From: Octopus sinensis | Taxonomy: Eukaryota | NCBI RefSeq assembly: GCF_006345805.1 | Contig: NC_042998.1 | Span: 110,422,001 to 110,486,000 of the forward strand | Length of the DNA stretch: 64,000 bases | Direction: 5' to 3' | Shown here: one piece after another, positions 11,831 through 26,169 of the stretch | Layout: every line of letters starts with the position of its first letter | Numbering within the stretch: the first letter of the stretch is position 1 | Program-made: the position numbers and the translations under genes | Notes under the pieces: generated by a model | The model's input: only the letters and a program-made list of their open reading frames with translations | The model's database searches: none | Told to the model about the DNA's origin: nothing

Positions 11831-12039
11831 AACACCGAAAGAAACAAATGGAAAACAAGACAAACGACATAAAAACTAACACTTCATCAGTCGTTGGCTG
11901 TTTTTCTACTTCGTATTTCGAGCAATTAACGACAAGATAAGTTTTTGACAAAGCAGTTACTCTCGCAAAGCAAATTAAATAAAATTTGGGATTTTGCGGA
12001 GGGTCAAATTTGGTAACAAAAGCAGGACGGCGGTGAATA

Positions 12040-13075
12040 TATTGTCGTCTAAACTACGCAAACATGGAAGTTTTTACAGAAATATTTACGAAAATTACAT
12101 TAAAAATTCTTAAAACACTAAAGAGTAAATTTATTCAATAACATTGCCATTCGCTTCAGTCACGGACTCCAGACTTTTTCGGAATTTTCTGCAACTCTTC
12201 TGGACGGACGTCTTGTTTAAGTTGTTGAATGCTGCCATAATCTTGCCATCTTTGGTGTTACAAGGAACTTTGTTCGTCTCTCGCTCAACTGTTTCCCTCA
12301 CGTAATAATCAAGAGGATTGCAGTTTGGGGAGTAAGGTGGTGAGATGTTAAGCGTGAAGTGGTCGTAGAAATTGTCTGACAGCTATTGCTGTGTCTCCTA
12401 GTTGTGTGGCATGGTGCTGAGTCCTGTTGCCAGACATAGAGTCTTCCAGCAGCCACCCTCTTGACCTAGGGCAGCACTACCTCTTCAAGGTACTTGATGT
12501 AGGCCTCCGTCTTGAGTGTGAGGCCGTGTGGGAATATGAATGGAGGCATAACCTTGCCATTCCTAGTGATCACTCCAAACACCATGATGTTGATTGGATG
12601 TTTATATTCTCGGTACATGTTTTGGGGACACGGCAAGCCAAAGGTTGTTCTGAGTGTTCACCATCTGATCCTGGCAGAATTTTTTTTCAGCTGAGGAAAA
12701 CCAAAGCATGTCCAGTTGGAGGGAATGCTTGAGTTTGTTCAAAAGCTTCGTAGTGCGGTCTTTCCTATTGTCTTTAATGGCTTGGGATAAAAATTGACAC
12801 TTTCTCGTCTTGTATGAGGAATACCGAATGTCTTTATGCACTACCTGTCCGATAAGAAATTTAGACACTCCCATCTCTCTGGTGATGGGCCTGATTGGCT
12901 TGGAGGGATCGTTGTCAATCATAGCCTGGATTTCAGCAACAAATCCAGGAGTTCCTTTCTTATCAGAACGATCAGAGTGAGTTTTCCGTGTTGCCGTATC
13001 TTCGTAATCACCATTTGATACACCCAACTCTTTCCGAATCCTCTGCACTGTCCTCAGATTGACACCCAAATATGA
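12040..13075 (-). mobile_element. Tc1/mariner superfamily DD37D (maT-type) transposon, decayed, 5'-truncated
   Basis: ORF 12602-13069 plus downstream frames give LWFSSAEKKF, IMVFGVITR, YVWQQDSAPCHT and SPNCNPLDYYV. There are 37 residues between D2 and D3 after repairing one frameshift. Confidence 0.85.
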
Positions 13076-13369
13076 ATGAATTTATACATTGCCATCTCGA
13101 CTAAGACTGATATGGAGTTAGACTACAGATTTATACGCTGTTTTTAATATATCTGGATTCCGCGCTATGCAAATCAAAATTGTTGATATAATTCAAGTAA
13201 AGTCCTTATTCGATCGATTAGGTTATAACACCTATAAGAACCAGTGAGAAAGATCGTTAGACAGTCACTGCACCTGCTGGTTATGGCAGCGAATTCTCAA
13301 TCATGTCATATTCTGCCATACTCTAAAAACAAGAAGTATCATTATGATGATGGCTAAAAACAGGGAAAA

Positions 13370-13590
13370 TTTCTTTCTCGAGTCATACCGACGGTTTTCT
13401 GGTTTCCATAGCATATATATTCCCTGCCTGGTCGGGATGCCGGTCCGTTTTAGGATTACTCATTTTTGCCGGCTGAGTGTACTGGAGTAATATGAAATGC
13501 AGTGTTTTAATACGAGTAGCCCGGTCCAGAAATCAAAATCCCAATCTTACGGTCATGATTCTGACACCCAAACCACTAAGCCACGCGTCC
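13370..13590 (-). mobile_element. tRNA-derived SINE, family C, decayed
   Basis: Reverse complement begins GGACGCGTGGCTTAGTGGTTTGGG (A-box TGGCTTAGTGG). The body includes CCAGTACACTCAGCCGGCAAAAATGAGTA, related to the 52853-53131 copy. Confidence 0.65.
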
Positions 13591-13914
13591 CTACTATAAT
13601 GATGGCGTTCTTGATATACAGAGTGTTCTGTAAATATAGAATGGTCGTGGAGGAAAATCATACCGATACCAGTTCTGCCTCATCACAAAGACATCGGTGA
13701 CAGCCAACACAGAACCATTGCAAGAACTAGAACATTTAGATTGATTAGCTCTATATAAATAATACCCAGAGAATGTAACGAGTTCAATGTGTATCAAAAA
13801 CAAATAATATTTTTAATAAGTTCACAAACTGAACTAAAATTATTTTCGTTAATGTTAATCTTACGTTAGAACTATTCCACTTAATATCAATCAATCAATT
13901 AATATATCTACTTA

Positions 13915-13917
13915 CTC

Positions 13918-14006
<89 letters not shown>

Positions 14007-14007
14007 T

Positions 14008-14038
<31 letters not shown>

Positions 14039-14112
14039 TATTCTTCCTTTCTTTCTTCCTTCCTTCCTTCCTTCCTTTTTTCTTTCTTTCTCTCTCTCTC
14101 TCTCTCTCTATC
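13915..14112. repeat. Compound (TATC)n-(TTTC)n-(TTCC)n-(TC)n microsatellite
   Basis: Directly visible. Confidence 0.95.
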
Positions 14113-14823
14113 TGTATTTAGCTATCACATCTCTCGCTTTCTCTGACTGCCTGTCACATTTTCTGTCTTCCTATCTATAAAGCCATATTTCTTAAAACGA
14201 AAACCCACTTGTTAGATGACAGAAATAAAATTCCAACCTCTTAACAAACTATTCTGGAAATAAAAGCGAAATCATATGATATTGCCTTAAGGAAAAAAAA
14301 AACATGTAGATGCTCCATATCCCCCCCCAAAAAAAAACATATTCATGGCTATAATGTTTCTAAAAATAAGTCTGCAATATGATGACTTACCTGTGACAAG
14401 CATAAATAACGATAAGAACATATATACATACATGTAGTATACACATACACACTCGCAGATAATATATTGGAATCCAATAACTGAGAGATGAATATAATTT
14501 AACATACACAGTATTTAGAGACGAGCTACTATTTGTTTCTTGCCTCATACCTTGTGCTTTCAAGCAATCATACAAGCTCAAATACGCAGCATGTCTGATG
14601 CTTTCTCATTTTTTTCAAATAATGCCAGCTATGTTATGTATTTGAGCCTGAATGATTGCTTGGACACGCAATAAATACTATATAATCTACCGATTTATTG
14701 TGTTTCAACAGCGTTAAGATGATAACAGCTCAAACTTAAATACTGTGTATATTAGATGATATGCGCGTGTATGTTTGTGTGTGCACATGCATATATATTA
14801 TACTTACCCTACACACACACGCG

Positions 14824-15951
14824 CGAGGGTAAGTAAAAAAATTATACGCTTATATGCCCTGCTGTTCCAGTAAGCTATTAATACAAAAGCTGGGGCTGAA
14901 AAATTAAATAATTTTACGAAGCCTTCCTGTGCTTCATCTGTAGCAAATCAACGACTTAGTAATGGATGTTTGAGGGGTCTGAAGAGAAGCTAATCGGAAG
15001 GGGGCGAGATCTGAGTTGCATGCCGACTTGTCCAGCAACAAGAAATGCAATTTTTCAATTGTTTTAATGGTGTGGGCACATGTCTGTGGGAGTGCATTGC
15101 CGTGCAACAACAGCTTTGAAAACAGACCTCAGCTTTTTGTACGAATGTCTGGTTTCAGTTTGTCGGCCTATATTTCCCTCTTGCCTATAATGGTGAGTGT
15201 TAACCCGCTTTTCAGGTAATGTTCTAGGAGTGGCTCTTTTCATTCCCAAAGAAGGGGTAGCATCTTTTTTTTGCAGACGGTTGAATCTTGATTTTCTTTT
15301 CCGCTGGTGATTCCGGTTCTTTCCACACCAAACTTTGCTCCGTTGATTCTGGCTCAAAGTGATGGACGCAGAGCACTTCTTCTGTGACTTGTCTCTCCGA
15401 AATCTTCATTTTCATCGATGTAGTCGTCGACTATGCTTTGACAGATCTCCACACGATTATATGCTTCGGTAAACTCTCTTGAAATCCTTCTCGCAAAGGC
15501 GTGGGGTAGCGACTAATTTGCAGAGGACATGCCACCTCATCGAGTGTCACTCCTCGGTTGGCCAGAATCATCACTCGGGAATTTTGAATCTTCACGTCAG
15601 TGATGGAGATTTATGGGAGTCCTGCTCCCTTTTTGTGCTTCACACTTGTACAACCCTTTTTACACTTACCTATCTACTCGTACAGTGCTGTCACCACTTT
15701 GGACTGAAAGCGTGCAATGAATTTCAGCCCCTTACATACCATCACACCAGAAAAACCGGATAAGGGATCTTTGTTCTTTCTTAGTGCACACTGCCAGCGG
15801 AGCGGCAGCATTTAATCTGTAATACAAGAAATAAAACTATACTGATCAAGCTCAAACACAAGAAAATCCCTTTTTAGTACATGAGTGCTCATGACAATAC
15901 AGGTGGCTTAAATTTTTGGCGACAGAGTGGATCATTTTTTTCTTAACCTCG
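14824..15951 (-). mobile_element. Near full-length decayed mariner (D,D34D-type) with both TIRs
   Basis: TIRs are CGAGGGTAAGTAAAAAAATTATACGC (14824) and, on the reverse strand, CGAGGTTAAGAAAAAAATGATCCAC (15951, followed by TA). Minus-strand remnants read HHFEPESTEQSLVWKEPESPAEKKIKIQPSAKK, LEHYLK and SDLAPSD*LLFRPLK. Confidence 0.85.
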
Positions 15952-16033
15952 TATAGACATGTATGCATAAATATTCATTTAGGTATACATACATATATGA
16001 AAATGTATATACGCATGTTTATGTTTTATATCC

Positions 16034-16090
<57 letters not shown>

Positions 16091-16115
16091 ATATACATAC
16101 ACATACACACATATA

Positions 16116-16161
<46 letters not shown>

Positions 16162-16170
16162 ATATATATA

Positions 16171-17390
16171 CTAGCAGAGATACCCGGTTACATTCAATTG
16201 AAGAATTAGACTGTTCTCTTATATTTTCTGTAATGAACTGGAATATCTGTTTCGAATTTCATCAAAATTGCAGATGAGGGTTATTTCCCTCTTTACATAC
16301 CCTAAAAAAATGTAATCGTGCCACATGTATCCTATACTACTGGCTTTTATGCACATATTCCAAAATTCCAGTCTTAAAGAACCTGTTAAAAAGATTTTGC
16401 TCCTGAAAAATGAAGGTCATGGAGCTCTAAAATGTGAGAGTTAAGGCCCCTGTTGGGGGCATCTTAATGTCAAGCAGAGAAGTTGAATTGTTGAGAATCT
16501 TTTTAACTTGGGTCTTATATCTATTGTTTGAATTTCTTTGAAATAAGAAATATATGTTCACTGGGTTTGTAAAAGAGAGGAAAGCTACAGAAAACCAAAA
16601 GACGAATGATCACAATAAGCAGTCAGTTACCCTATCCTAGTCGTTACCACTCCCAATGTAGGATTCCTCACCATCCATGTGACAGGCACAGCCGTAAGAT
16701 GCATTACGGATGTCAAATGACGACTATACTGATACGTAACTGGGCAGAATAAATTTACAATCTATAAATGTCTTTGAATAGCCAGCCACTCATCTGGGAA
16801 GGCCTTGAAATCAATGTTACCATCTGGGGACTATGTGTGACCGATGATAATAAAAAGACCGAAAGGAGATGTGCAATCAAATAACTTTACTCAATACTTT
16901 GCAACTGAATCAGTGGAGGCAAAGATGCTTCTCATTTACTTTACAATTTATGCATCACATTACAGAAATCACAATGTAAGTGTATGTCAAAGCAAATTGT
17001 TAGTCTGTGTACCATTGGATTAGAAATAATGCCCAACTTTTATGCTCGGGTAACCCTACAGCTTCCAAGAGCACAACTGTATTCGTTTTTGCTTAGATAA
17101 AATGACAAAATTGTGGGTGTTAAACCCCCATGGAGGGGTCGTTCCTACTTGTAAGAAGAGGAAATTTTATAAATATTACTTCATTTGTGTCTAATATCTA
17201 CGGTTAAAATTTCATCAACAGCAAAATTATATGAATTGTCATGGGGGTTATGGCCCTTATGCATAGAATATAATTTCCAAATTTCATAAAGATCCATTCA
17301 GTATTTTTGACCTAGTTTTGGATCATAAAAGAAATTACTAAAATTTGGGAGTTAAGGCCCCCATTAGGGTGTCATATATATAATTATAGA
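16171..17390 (-). mobile_element. Probable non-autonomous Helitron-like element
   Basis: On the minus strand it fits A|TCTATAATTATATATA ... CCGGGTATCTCTG-CTAG|T. The 3' end resembles the element at 49362-49577, but the hairpin is partly decayed and both ends lie in AT repeats. Confidence 0.5.
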
Positions 17391-17764
17391 TATAGATATA
17401 GATATAGATATATACACACACACTCGCACACACACACATACAAAGATAAATTGATAGATACAACTGAGTGGGCAAACAAAAATATGAGACACAGCCTTGT
17501 GCTTTTTTATGCTGATAAGCCTGGTACTTATTCTATTAGTTTGTTCTTGTGAAACCAGTAAGCAATGTGGATGTAAATAAATGAGCAGCAGCTGTGAAGT
17601 AGTGATGAGGGAGAAAAACAAAGACACACACATAGACTTACATATATACATACATATATATACGATTGATTTGTTTCAGTTCCTGTCTACGAAATCCACA
17701 TATGTTTTTGTTGGCATCCTTTTTGTCTCGAGAGGCAATGGACTTACGCATAAAATAATCTAGT

Positions 17765-19108
17765 CCGGCTTTTACATTTCATGTCCTAATACATCTCCTG
17801 CTGTGGCTGTGTAGTCCTATCCTGGACAAACACTCTCTCTGGCAGATGCCGCAAATGTAGCGAAGAATTTGCCTGTCTGGTTGTAAAGTCATAGTTTCTT
17901 GTTGACATATTTTCTTGCCTTTCCATTTCTCCTCTCTCTCTATGTCACTCCTTTGTGTTCCCTCTATTATGGTACGTCGCCAATCTCCACAGTTGCTGGC
18001 AACTGCTTCCCAGTTGGTAATATTGATGTTGCAGGCATTCATGTCCCTTTTGCAAACATCCTTGTATCGTAAGAACGGTCTTCCCACAGACCTAGTGCCC
18101 CTATCAAGCTCTCCCTTGAGTATGTCCTTGGGATTCTGCCATCTTCCATAGGACTAACATGTCCAAGCCATCCCATACGTCTTTGTGTGAGGAGTGCAAA
18201 CATGCTTGGTATTCCTGCTTGCTTGAGGACATCTTTGTTGGGGACATGATTCTGCCATTTGATGCGAAGGATTTTCCGGAGGCAGCGCAGGTGAAAGATA
18301 TTTAGGTGACGCTCTTGGCGTGTGTATGGCGTCCAAGTCTCACCACCTCCATACAGTAGAGGGCTAATTACATATGCCTGGTAAATCTTCATTTTCGTGG
18401 TCTTGGTCAGCTTATTGTTGTCTCATGCCCGTTTGGAGAGTTGAGCCATCACAGCAGCTGCCTTGCCAATGCGTATATTGAGCTCAGCATCAAGGGATAG
18501 GTTGTAGGTGACGGTAGAGTCAAGATAGGTAAACTTCTCCACCTCCTGTAGACTGTGGTCTGCAATATGTATGTTTGGGATGTCCGATGTAGCCTGAGCC
18601 ATGATGTTGGTCCTCTTGAGGCTGATAACTAAGCCAAAGTTGCCACATGCTTGCTCAACACAGTTGATGAGCCTTTGTAGGGCTTCTGCTGTGTGTGATA
18701 CCAGAGCGGCATCATCAGCAAATAGCATCTCCTTGATAAGGATGCTTCTGATTTTGGTCTTGGCACGTAGACGCGAGAGATTGAACAGTTTCCTATCACT
18801 TCTACTGTACAGAAACATTCCATCATCTGATATCTCAAAGGCATGTGACAGCAGCAGCGAGAAGATGCCAAATAATGTAGGAGCAAGGACACAACCTTGC
18901 TTTACCCCATTTTTCATTTGGAAGGCGGCTGATGTTGAACCATTGTGCTGTATGGTGCCTTGCATATCATCATGGAAAGATTTGATGATCCTCAGTAGCT
19001 TTGGTGGACATCCGATTTTTTGGAGCAGGATGAAGAGGTCTTTTCTACTTACCAACTCAAAGGCCTTTGTCAGATCAATGAAGGCCATATATAATGGCAT
19101 TTTCTGCC
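17765..19108 (-). mobile_element. RTE-clade (BovB-like) LINE, 5'-truncated, RT to C-terminus, frameshifted
   Basis: ORFs 18423-19100, 18039-18392 and 17779-18087 give AFIDLTKAF, GVKQGCVLAPTLF, RKLFNLSRLRAKTK, MLFADDAAL, WLGHVSPMEDGRIP and a terminal CxxC...SRIGLHSH. Confidence 0.92.
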
Positions 19109-21180
19109 CTTACGTATACGTTATATATATATAAAACGTCTTCCTGAGGCACTCTCTTTAGATAGCAATGGAAATATATTTATAAGAACTAGCGAGGAGA
19201 GTCCTTTCAACGCCTTCTGCTATCGCCTAAGTGTCGCAGCTGAATTCGCCTTGTGTCACTCTCTCTCCTCTCTTAAAAATAGAAGTATTATTTGAAAAAA
19301 ATATTCCTAGATCGACAATGTTATATATACAAGTAAATTGGTTATGGTCGAAATTACGTCGGTATTAAGTATGCTTAATTATGCAAGCGATTTTTTTAGA
19401 ACGACATTTACCCTTGGAGAGTTCATGTGGGTCGCCTTTCGACCTGCAGCCAAAGTTTTTCAACAGCTCAATATAACGTCTTAATAAAATATAGAAATTT
19501 TCCGGTTGTGTAATCCTTGATATATAAAAATGGGATAGTTCTTGTTGAAATGCCTTTTATAATGGTATATTAATTAGAACCTCTACCGTATAAATAACAA
19601 GAGCATTTTGACTAAAATGTACTATATATTTATGACTTCAGGAACTAGTCAAGTTTAATGTATATCAAGAAGAAATTTAATCGAGGCCAATAAATTTTTG
19701 ACAGTTTCAGAAAACGGAAATAGAATTTTTCGAGTGAACTTAACCTTCCCTTATCGAACAACTTAACTTTCCCCTATCGCATTAGCTCGTTATATTTTTA
19801 ATTAATTAGGAACGTAAATGTGGCAACGCATTTGCATATTTTTCAATTTCGCTTTTGTTATTATTTTCTTCTTATTTTAATCGTCGACCTTCCTTTTGTT
19901 TCCCTGATATAGTCGTTGATTAACAATTTATACTGCTCCATGTGTATTCTTGAATAATGAAATTTATTGTTCTCACCATATTATGTGTGTCATCATTTAT
20001 TTCATAATAATATATAGGGTTATTTATATAGAATCTATATAGAACAATTCACTAAAATAATTATATCAATATAGCAGGTAATTTTGTAGGAAAACTAAAT
20101 CTACAAATTAATGAATGTAAAAATAAATTGAAATATTAGCGTGCAGAATTGAATTTCATGCAAAATTGCAATTTAAATCATTTATATTTATATTTAATTT
20201 TAACGACATACAGTTGATATATTGATCATCGAAAATTCAACGATCAAGAACTATTATGCATTGAGCTATTATGCACGCTTTTGTCCTTAATAACTTAGGG
20301 GAGTATGGTAAAAACCACGTCCCTTATCAAGGACACTGTGACCAGCTCACTGGAAGATAAGTTGTCATCGCAATGGAAATATTCTTAGAATACAGGTCGA
20401 GTTACATTTGTTGATGTTGTTCTGCTCTCGATCAGCTTACGATTGAACAGCATCATGATACGAGCTGCTACAGATGAAAGAAAAGTACAGGAGATCGTAC
20501 CTCAGATAAACAGATGTAATTCTCCTTAAGTAATTAGTGTTGATGTCGGTGATTTAACTACAGGAATTTTCTGATAGCGCATACCTTAAGTGATGCAGAT
20601 CACTTAACAATAACAATAACTGATCACTTCACAATCACTTAACAGTAACCGCATTATATATTCTTGCATGAAAAAAGCTATATCATCGAATATACATTTC
20701 TGTATTGGAGACGTTGAGTGTATCTTGAGTTACTACTTTTGGGTTGAGCTGAACGATCCCACAAAATTTTTTTCGGTGAATTTGTTGACGCATACTTAAA
20801 AGTGCTTCTAAGTGATCATTTATTAACGCACACATAAAGACATATACACAATGCATACAGAAATATGGGAAATATGCGCATACATACTCTCACACACATA
20901 TATAAATGCAAATAATTAGAAAATGGAGAAGATTAACCAGTACATCGAAAGGAACATATTTAAAGCATGTTTATTGATATAATGTAAGACATTTGCATTG
21001 GTTTCTGATAGACTTTTGTTTATCCTATTGTTACCTGCGCTCGACGTATATGGTGTCCCTGCACACCATTACCCGAGGATAACACAGGTAGCGGATACGG
21101 ATATTTTTTTCCCTTCGTCGGTTACTACAACTGCTAATTCTCTCTCTCTCTCTCTCACTCTGTATATATATATATATATA

Positions 21181-21221
<41 letters not shown>

Positions 21222-21369
21222 CTGAATGAATTATCCCAGTATGGATAATTCGGTTAACCGATACCCGGGTAGCAAATTTACGTCAGAAAGCACGGTTGAA
21301 GCTACATGCCAAGGGCAGAAATCACGAGCTTTCGTGTGAAAATTTGTGTGTGTTTTTACTATCTTTCAT

Positions 21370-21525
<156 letters not shown>

Positions 21526-22379
21526 GTAATGTATATAAATTTATCTAATAAAAACTTATCGAAATATTTTTTTATGAAAACTACTTTCAACGCATGCATA
21601 TAAATACTAAAGTACGTGATTTGACAGGTGAAGTTAATTTCTTATTCCTATAGATGATTAGCCTAATGTTTGTTGCATTTCTGTCTGAAAAGCTTATCAG
21701 ATTTGGAATGAACTTATTTCATGAAGTCAAATGCAATAATTCTTGATTAAAATACTCCTAAAATGGAGAAAAAGTTTAAAATCTGTATGTGACATACGAT
21801 GATTGAAAATATATGGCTAATTGAATTATCAATAGGATTTCACTATTTCACTAAAATAAAATATGCACAATTATGTATGCACTTCATATATATGAATGAT
21901 TGTTATTGTAGTTATGTCACGAGTGCTACTGATAAAATTTAATCCAGTGCAGCGTGTTTGCATGATTAGCGCACCGGCTTGGTGAGGCCAAGACTCTTGG
22001 CTGTCTATCGCGATAACGAAAATTATCAAAGAGCGGATGAACCGAGAATATAAGAAATACATATGAACATACATACATAGATACATTCATATGCATGCAT
22101 GCTTGCCTGAATGCAAGCATGCATACATACACACACATACATACATATATGTATATGTATATATAGATAAAACTTACTTGGAAATGGATGCGTGGCGTTC
22201 GATCATATAACAACATAAATAATATATAAACATATGCATATATACATACATATATGTACATACCTATATCTATATGGGTACAGGACACCAAAAAAAAAAC
22301 GTTGAACGCAATGAGAAACGAAAACATAAAAACAAAAAACATGGAAACGACCTTTTTTCAAACAACGAAAAAACAGAGT

Positions 22380-22560
<181 letters not shown>

Positions 22561-22899
22561 TACAAACATTCCTCGCTTTATGAATGAATGGGGTTCCTGA
22601 AAATCTAGCCGTAACTTTCCTATTGATTTCCATATTATCAAGTGAGAATGCATTTCTGGGGACGTTTTTCGAAAAAGAAACGAAAATCGAAGCACAAGAA
22701 AACAAGAGTGAGCAAGCAATACTATCATCTTCATACATGAAAATAATTATTCCTAGACATAGACAGTATGATATAGCTATGTAAAACATTTCAAGAGGAA
22801 TAAGTTAGTCAATTAATAAGAATCATGATATCGAGAGCGTACATTCTTACTACGAAAGATGCTAACTACTGTATGAAAAGTGGTGGTGGATAAGCGTTA

Positions 22900-23720
22900 C
22901 TTGGAACATAATGGACAATATTTAATATCTTATAGTTCATTATCACAAATACTACATTTTCTAGTTCATAGTTATTATCACGAAGGCTGAAGAACTTATT
23001 CAAAGTTACTTGTAGTTTATGAAGCATCATAGGAACTGAGCTCATAGGAAACTCTTGTAATTTTTATGGTGCATTCACGATTAAGATCATTTTCAGCCGA
23101 AAACTGCAGTTTTTGCTGTCAATTTAAGTTTTGTTGGCGAAACTTCCGTTGTTTCATCTGTATTCTCAGCGTGTGCTTTTTCTAACAACATCCGCTGCTC
23201 GTTAGATACACTTTCTCTCTGGGACACTCGTAACTCACATCATTCTGTATGATTTCTTCAAATGTTTAGCAAGTGCCCCAATAGCTTTCTGAATTTGATA
23301 TAGAATTTCTGCCGGAGAAACACTTGTAACATCACGAATACTCCGGCTGTATATTTTATTTAGCACTATTCAAAGTTGAGGTTTGACTCCGTCCCATGAC
23401 TCAGCTATATTATACACAGCTTCCATTATTGCCAGAAATCTCCAGCTGTAGGTTTATCCTCCCTGTCAATTTCTTTCATAAGTTGTTTGGAAGTTTTCAA
23501 ATAATGTACCTCAAACATTCTTCTCATATACTATGCCTCGAAAGTTCTGTTCTCATAATATGCCTTTCAAAACAATTTTACTAACTAAAAGGGATTTTCA
23601 TTAGAAGTTTCATCTTGCTTTTTCTGGAAATCGTTATCAAAACTTTTGGCTCGTCTTCAAATACATTACCACCGTGTTTATTGGCACATTATGCCGATTC
23701 TAATCCTCCGTCCATACACT
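22900..23720 (-). mobile_element. pogo/Tigger-like transposase C-terminal remnant, heavily decayed
   Basis: After frameshift repair the minus strand resembles ...FKAYY...TF...DFW...EAVYNIAESWDGVKP.TLNSA..., the post-D3 helices of pogo-family transposases. Confidence 0.5.
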
Positions 23721-24665
23721 CAAGAGTCGTCCTATTTTAAATATTATATTAAATTTATGAAAAGTTAAGGCCTGGATAGTTAATAGTGTAGCTTAGCTTC
23801 TCGAGCACTGGATATAATTTTCTCTCTCTCCCGTTACGTATTGTTCTCACTGTAGACGTTGCAAGATTTAACAAGATTTAATTTTTTTTATTTCTGTATC
23901 AAATTTAGTTAAAACATAAAGTTTAATATACAGTGTAATCCTTTTACAGTTCCTGTTTTCACTGTTGCCTTCGGGTTTACTTGAAAGCTTTTTTGTCAGA
24001 CATACTAAACTGAAGGTGAATCCGACAACAGCGGTAATTAGTTATCTACCACAAATATATGGTAAAAGGTGGACCCCAACACGATATTCCTATGGATGTA
24101 ATAATGAAAACGAGATGAAAGGGCGAAGGATTTAGGAAGTGAAATTTACTATATGAGAGGTCACCAGCTTGTGTAGATATTTTGCCTTTTGGACTACCGA
24201 ATTTTAAAAAATACACACACACGTGCATACACGCACACAAGCATGCATACACATGTGTTGGCGTTTATGCTGATATCTCTTATCTTGGATTTAAAAGTTG
24301 GTGAGTTGATAGTGGTGACGATATGGCTTGCCCTGGTTTAGGTGTTTGTGATGGCGGCATTATTGATGGTGTGGTAGACATTTTGTTCCTGTTAATTGTA
24401 TAGTTGTGGCTGTTTAGTCTGAAGTTTATGCGTTTATACCTAAGATAAAAAAATATTAGATTCCTCTTTTTAAAATAGACTAGGAAGTCATATTACCTAT
24501 GTCTTATTTGAAGTGTATTTGTTTATGTATTTCATACTATATATTACTGTTGCTGTTAGCTCTTGTATTATTGTTGATGATAGAGACACTTACGCACATA
24601 TACATACATAAATACATATATATACATACGTACGCACTTACATACATAAGCACACATTAATATAT

Positions 24666-24719
<54 letters not shown>

Positions 24720-26169
24720 TCAAATGTAGGACAGAGAGAATACAAGCGGAAATCAACAAAACACAACGCGCAAAAACAAGATACACGGATCACTCGCAGC
24801 CGATTTCCTCCACAGTCGGTGTCCGGGAAGTCCTTTTAGTTACGCATTCATTTATCTCCGAGACTACTCGAATTTCCTACTCGCCTTCCTTGCACTCCAA
24901 TTCTCTCCCTCTCCCTCTCTCACTCTTTCATTCCTTCTCACTCTGATTGTTACCCTCTGATTTTCTTCCCTCTCCTATCCCTTAATATCTCTGTCTTCCT
25001 CAACTCTTCCCATCGCCCACCACGTGATAGCTATCCGGTTAAAGTATTGTCGTCTTTTTTCGGCCAGCCGTGTCTCAGGCCGGTGTGTTAAAATTTTCCA
25101 TATATCCTTTGCACCAGCTTACTACGTTCGTCATATTTATATATGTTGTAATTGTACACTTATCCCTTTGTTGTATAGCCGAAAGGCGCTTGTCCACTGT
25201 ATATGTGTAATTCTTTTTCTGTTAAACTTGCATTAATATTTCATAACGTTACGTTCGTCCGATGGTCGAAAAACCCTTTCTGTTATTTATTCGTATTCGT
25301 ATTCGTATACGTACAGTTGTTTTGTGTCGTATAGCCGAAATATGTTCTGTTGTATGTGTATAATTCTACCTTACTCGATTTTGTCTCCGTTCTCGTTTTC
25401 GTGTTTTTATACATTCCTTTGCCATTCCCAGAGGTTTAATGCTTTTTGATTAAGTTACTAGTACTCGCCGGATTCAAGTAGCCTGGGAGATGAATGAATG
25501 CAAAACTACAAGGACTTATAAATGTAGAAATTCCAGGGTTTGGTAAAATGTTTTTGTAATCACATTCAGTTAAAATGACTTATTGATGCATTTTGTTTCT
25601 CTTTTTATCCCTGATGAGAATACTGCATTGTTTTACATAATTTTACTCCTTCTGGAATGATACCAATATTTTCTTCGAAAATATATAAACATACTCACTT
25701 TATGTTCATTATATATATACATATGTGTATGTTTTTGCCTGCAAATGTGTAACGTGATGATTGTTATTGGATTTCAAACCGGTAACTATACACGTTGACG
25801 CTAACTAAAACGCAAGTGGCCATTGGGCTAAGAAGAAAATGTAGCAAGTCAACTGCATTGCGTTGCATAAAAGGACCAACAGGCTTATATAATAAAGGAA
25901 GTCGGTTTATTGAGACAGTATACTTTATATACAGCATAAAATACCTATTACTTTTTCTCGCATCATTTCCCCCTCTCACTCTGTATATATATAAATACAC
26001 TCAAATACACACAAAACACACACGCACACATACACACATACAATTACACGCATATACATAAACACAAATACAGCGGTAAAGAAATATATAGAGAGAGAAT
26101 GGCAGTGAGAGATACATTCAAACTTTAATGCTCTACATAAATAAGGTGTCTATAAATTTGGAGTCTAGT

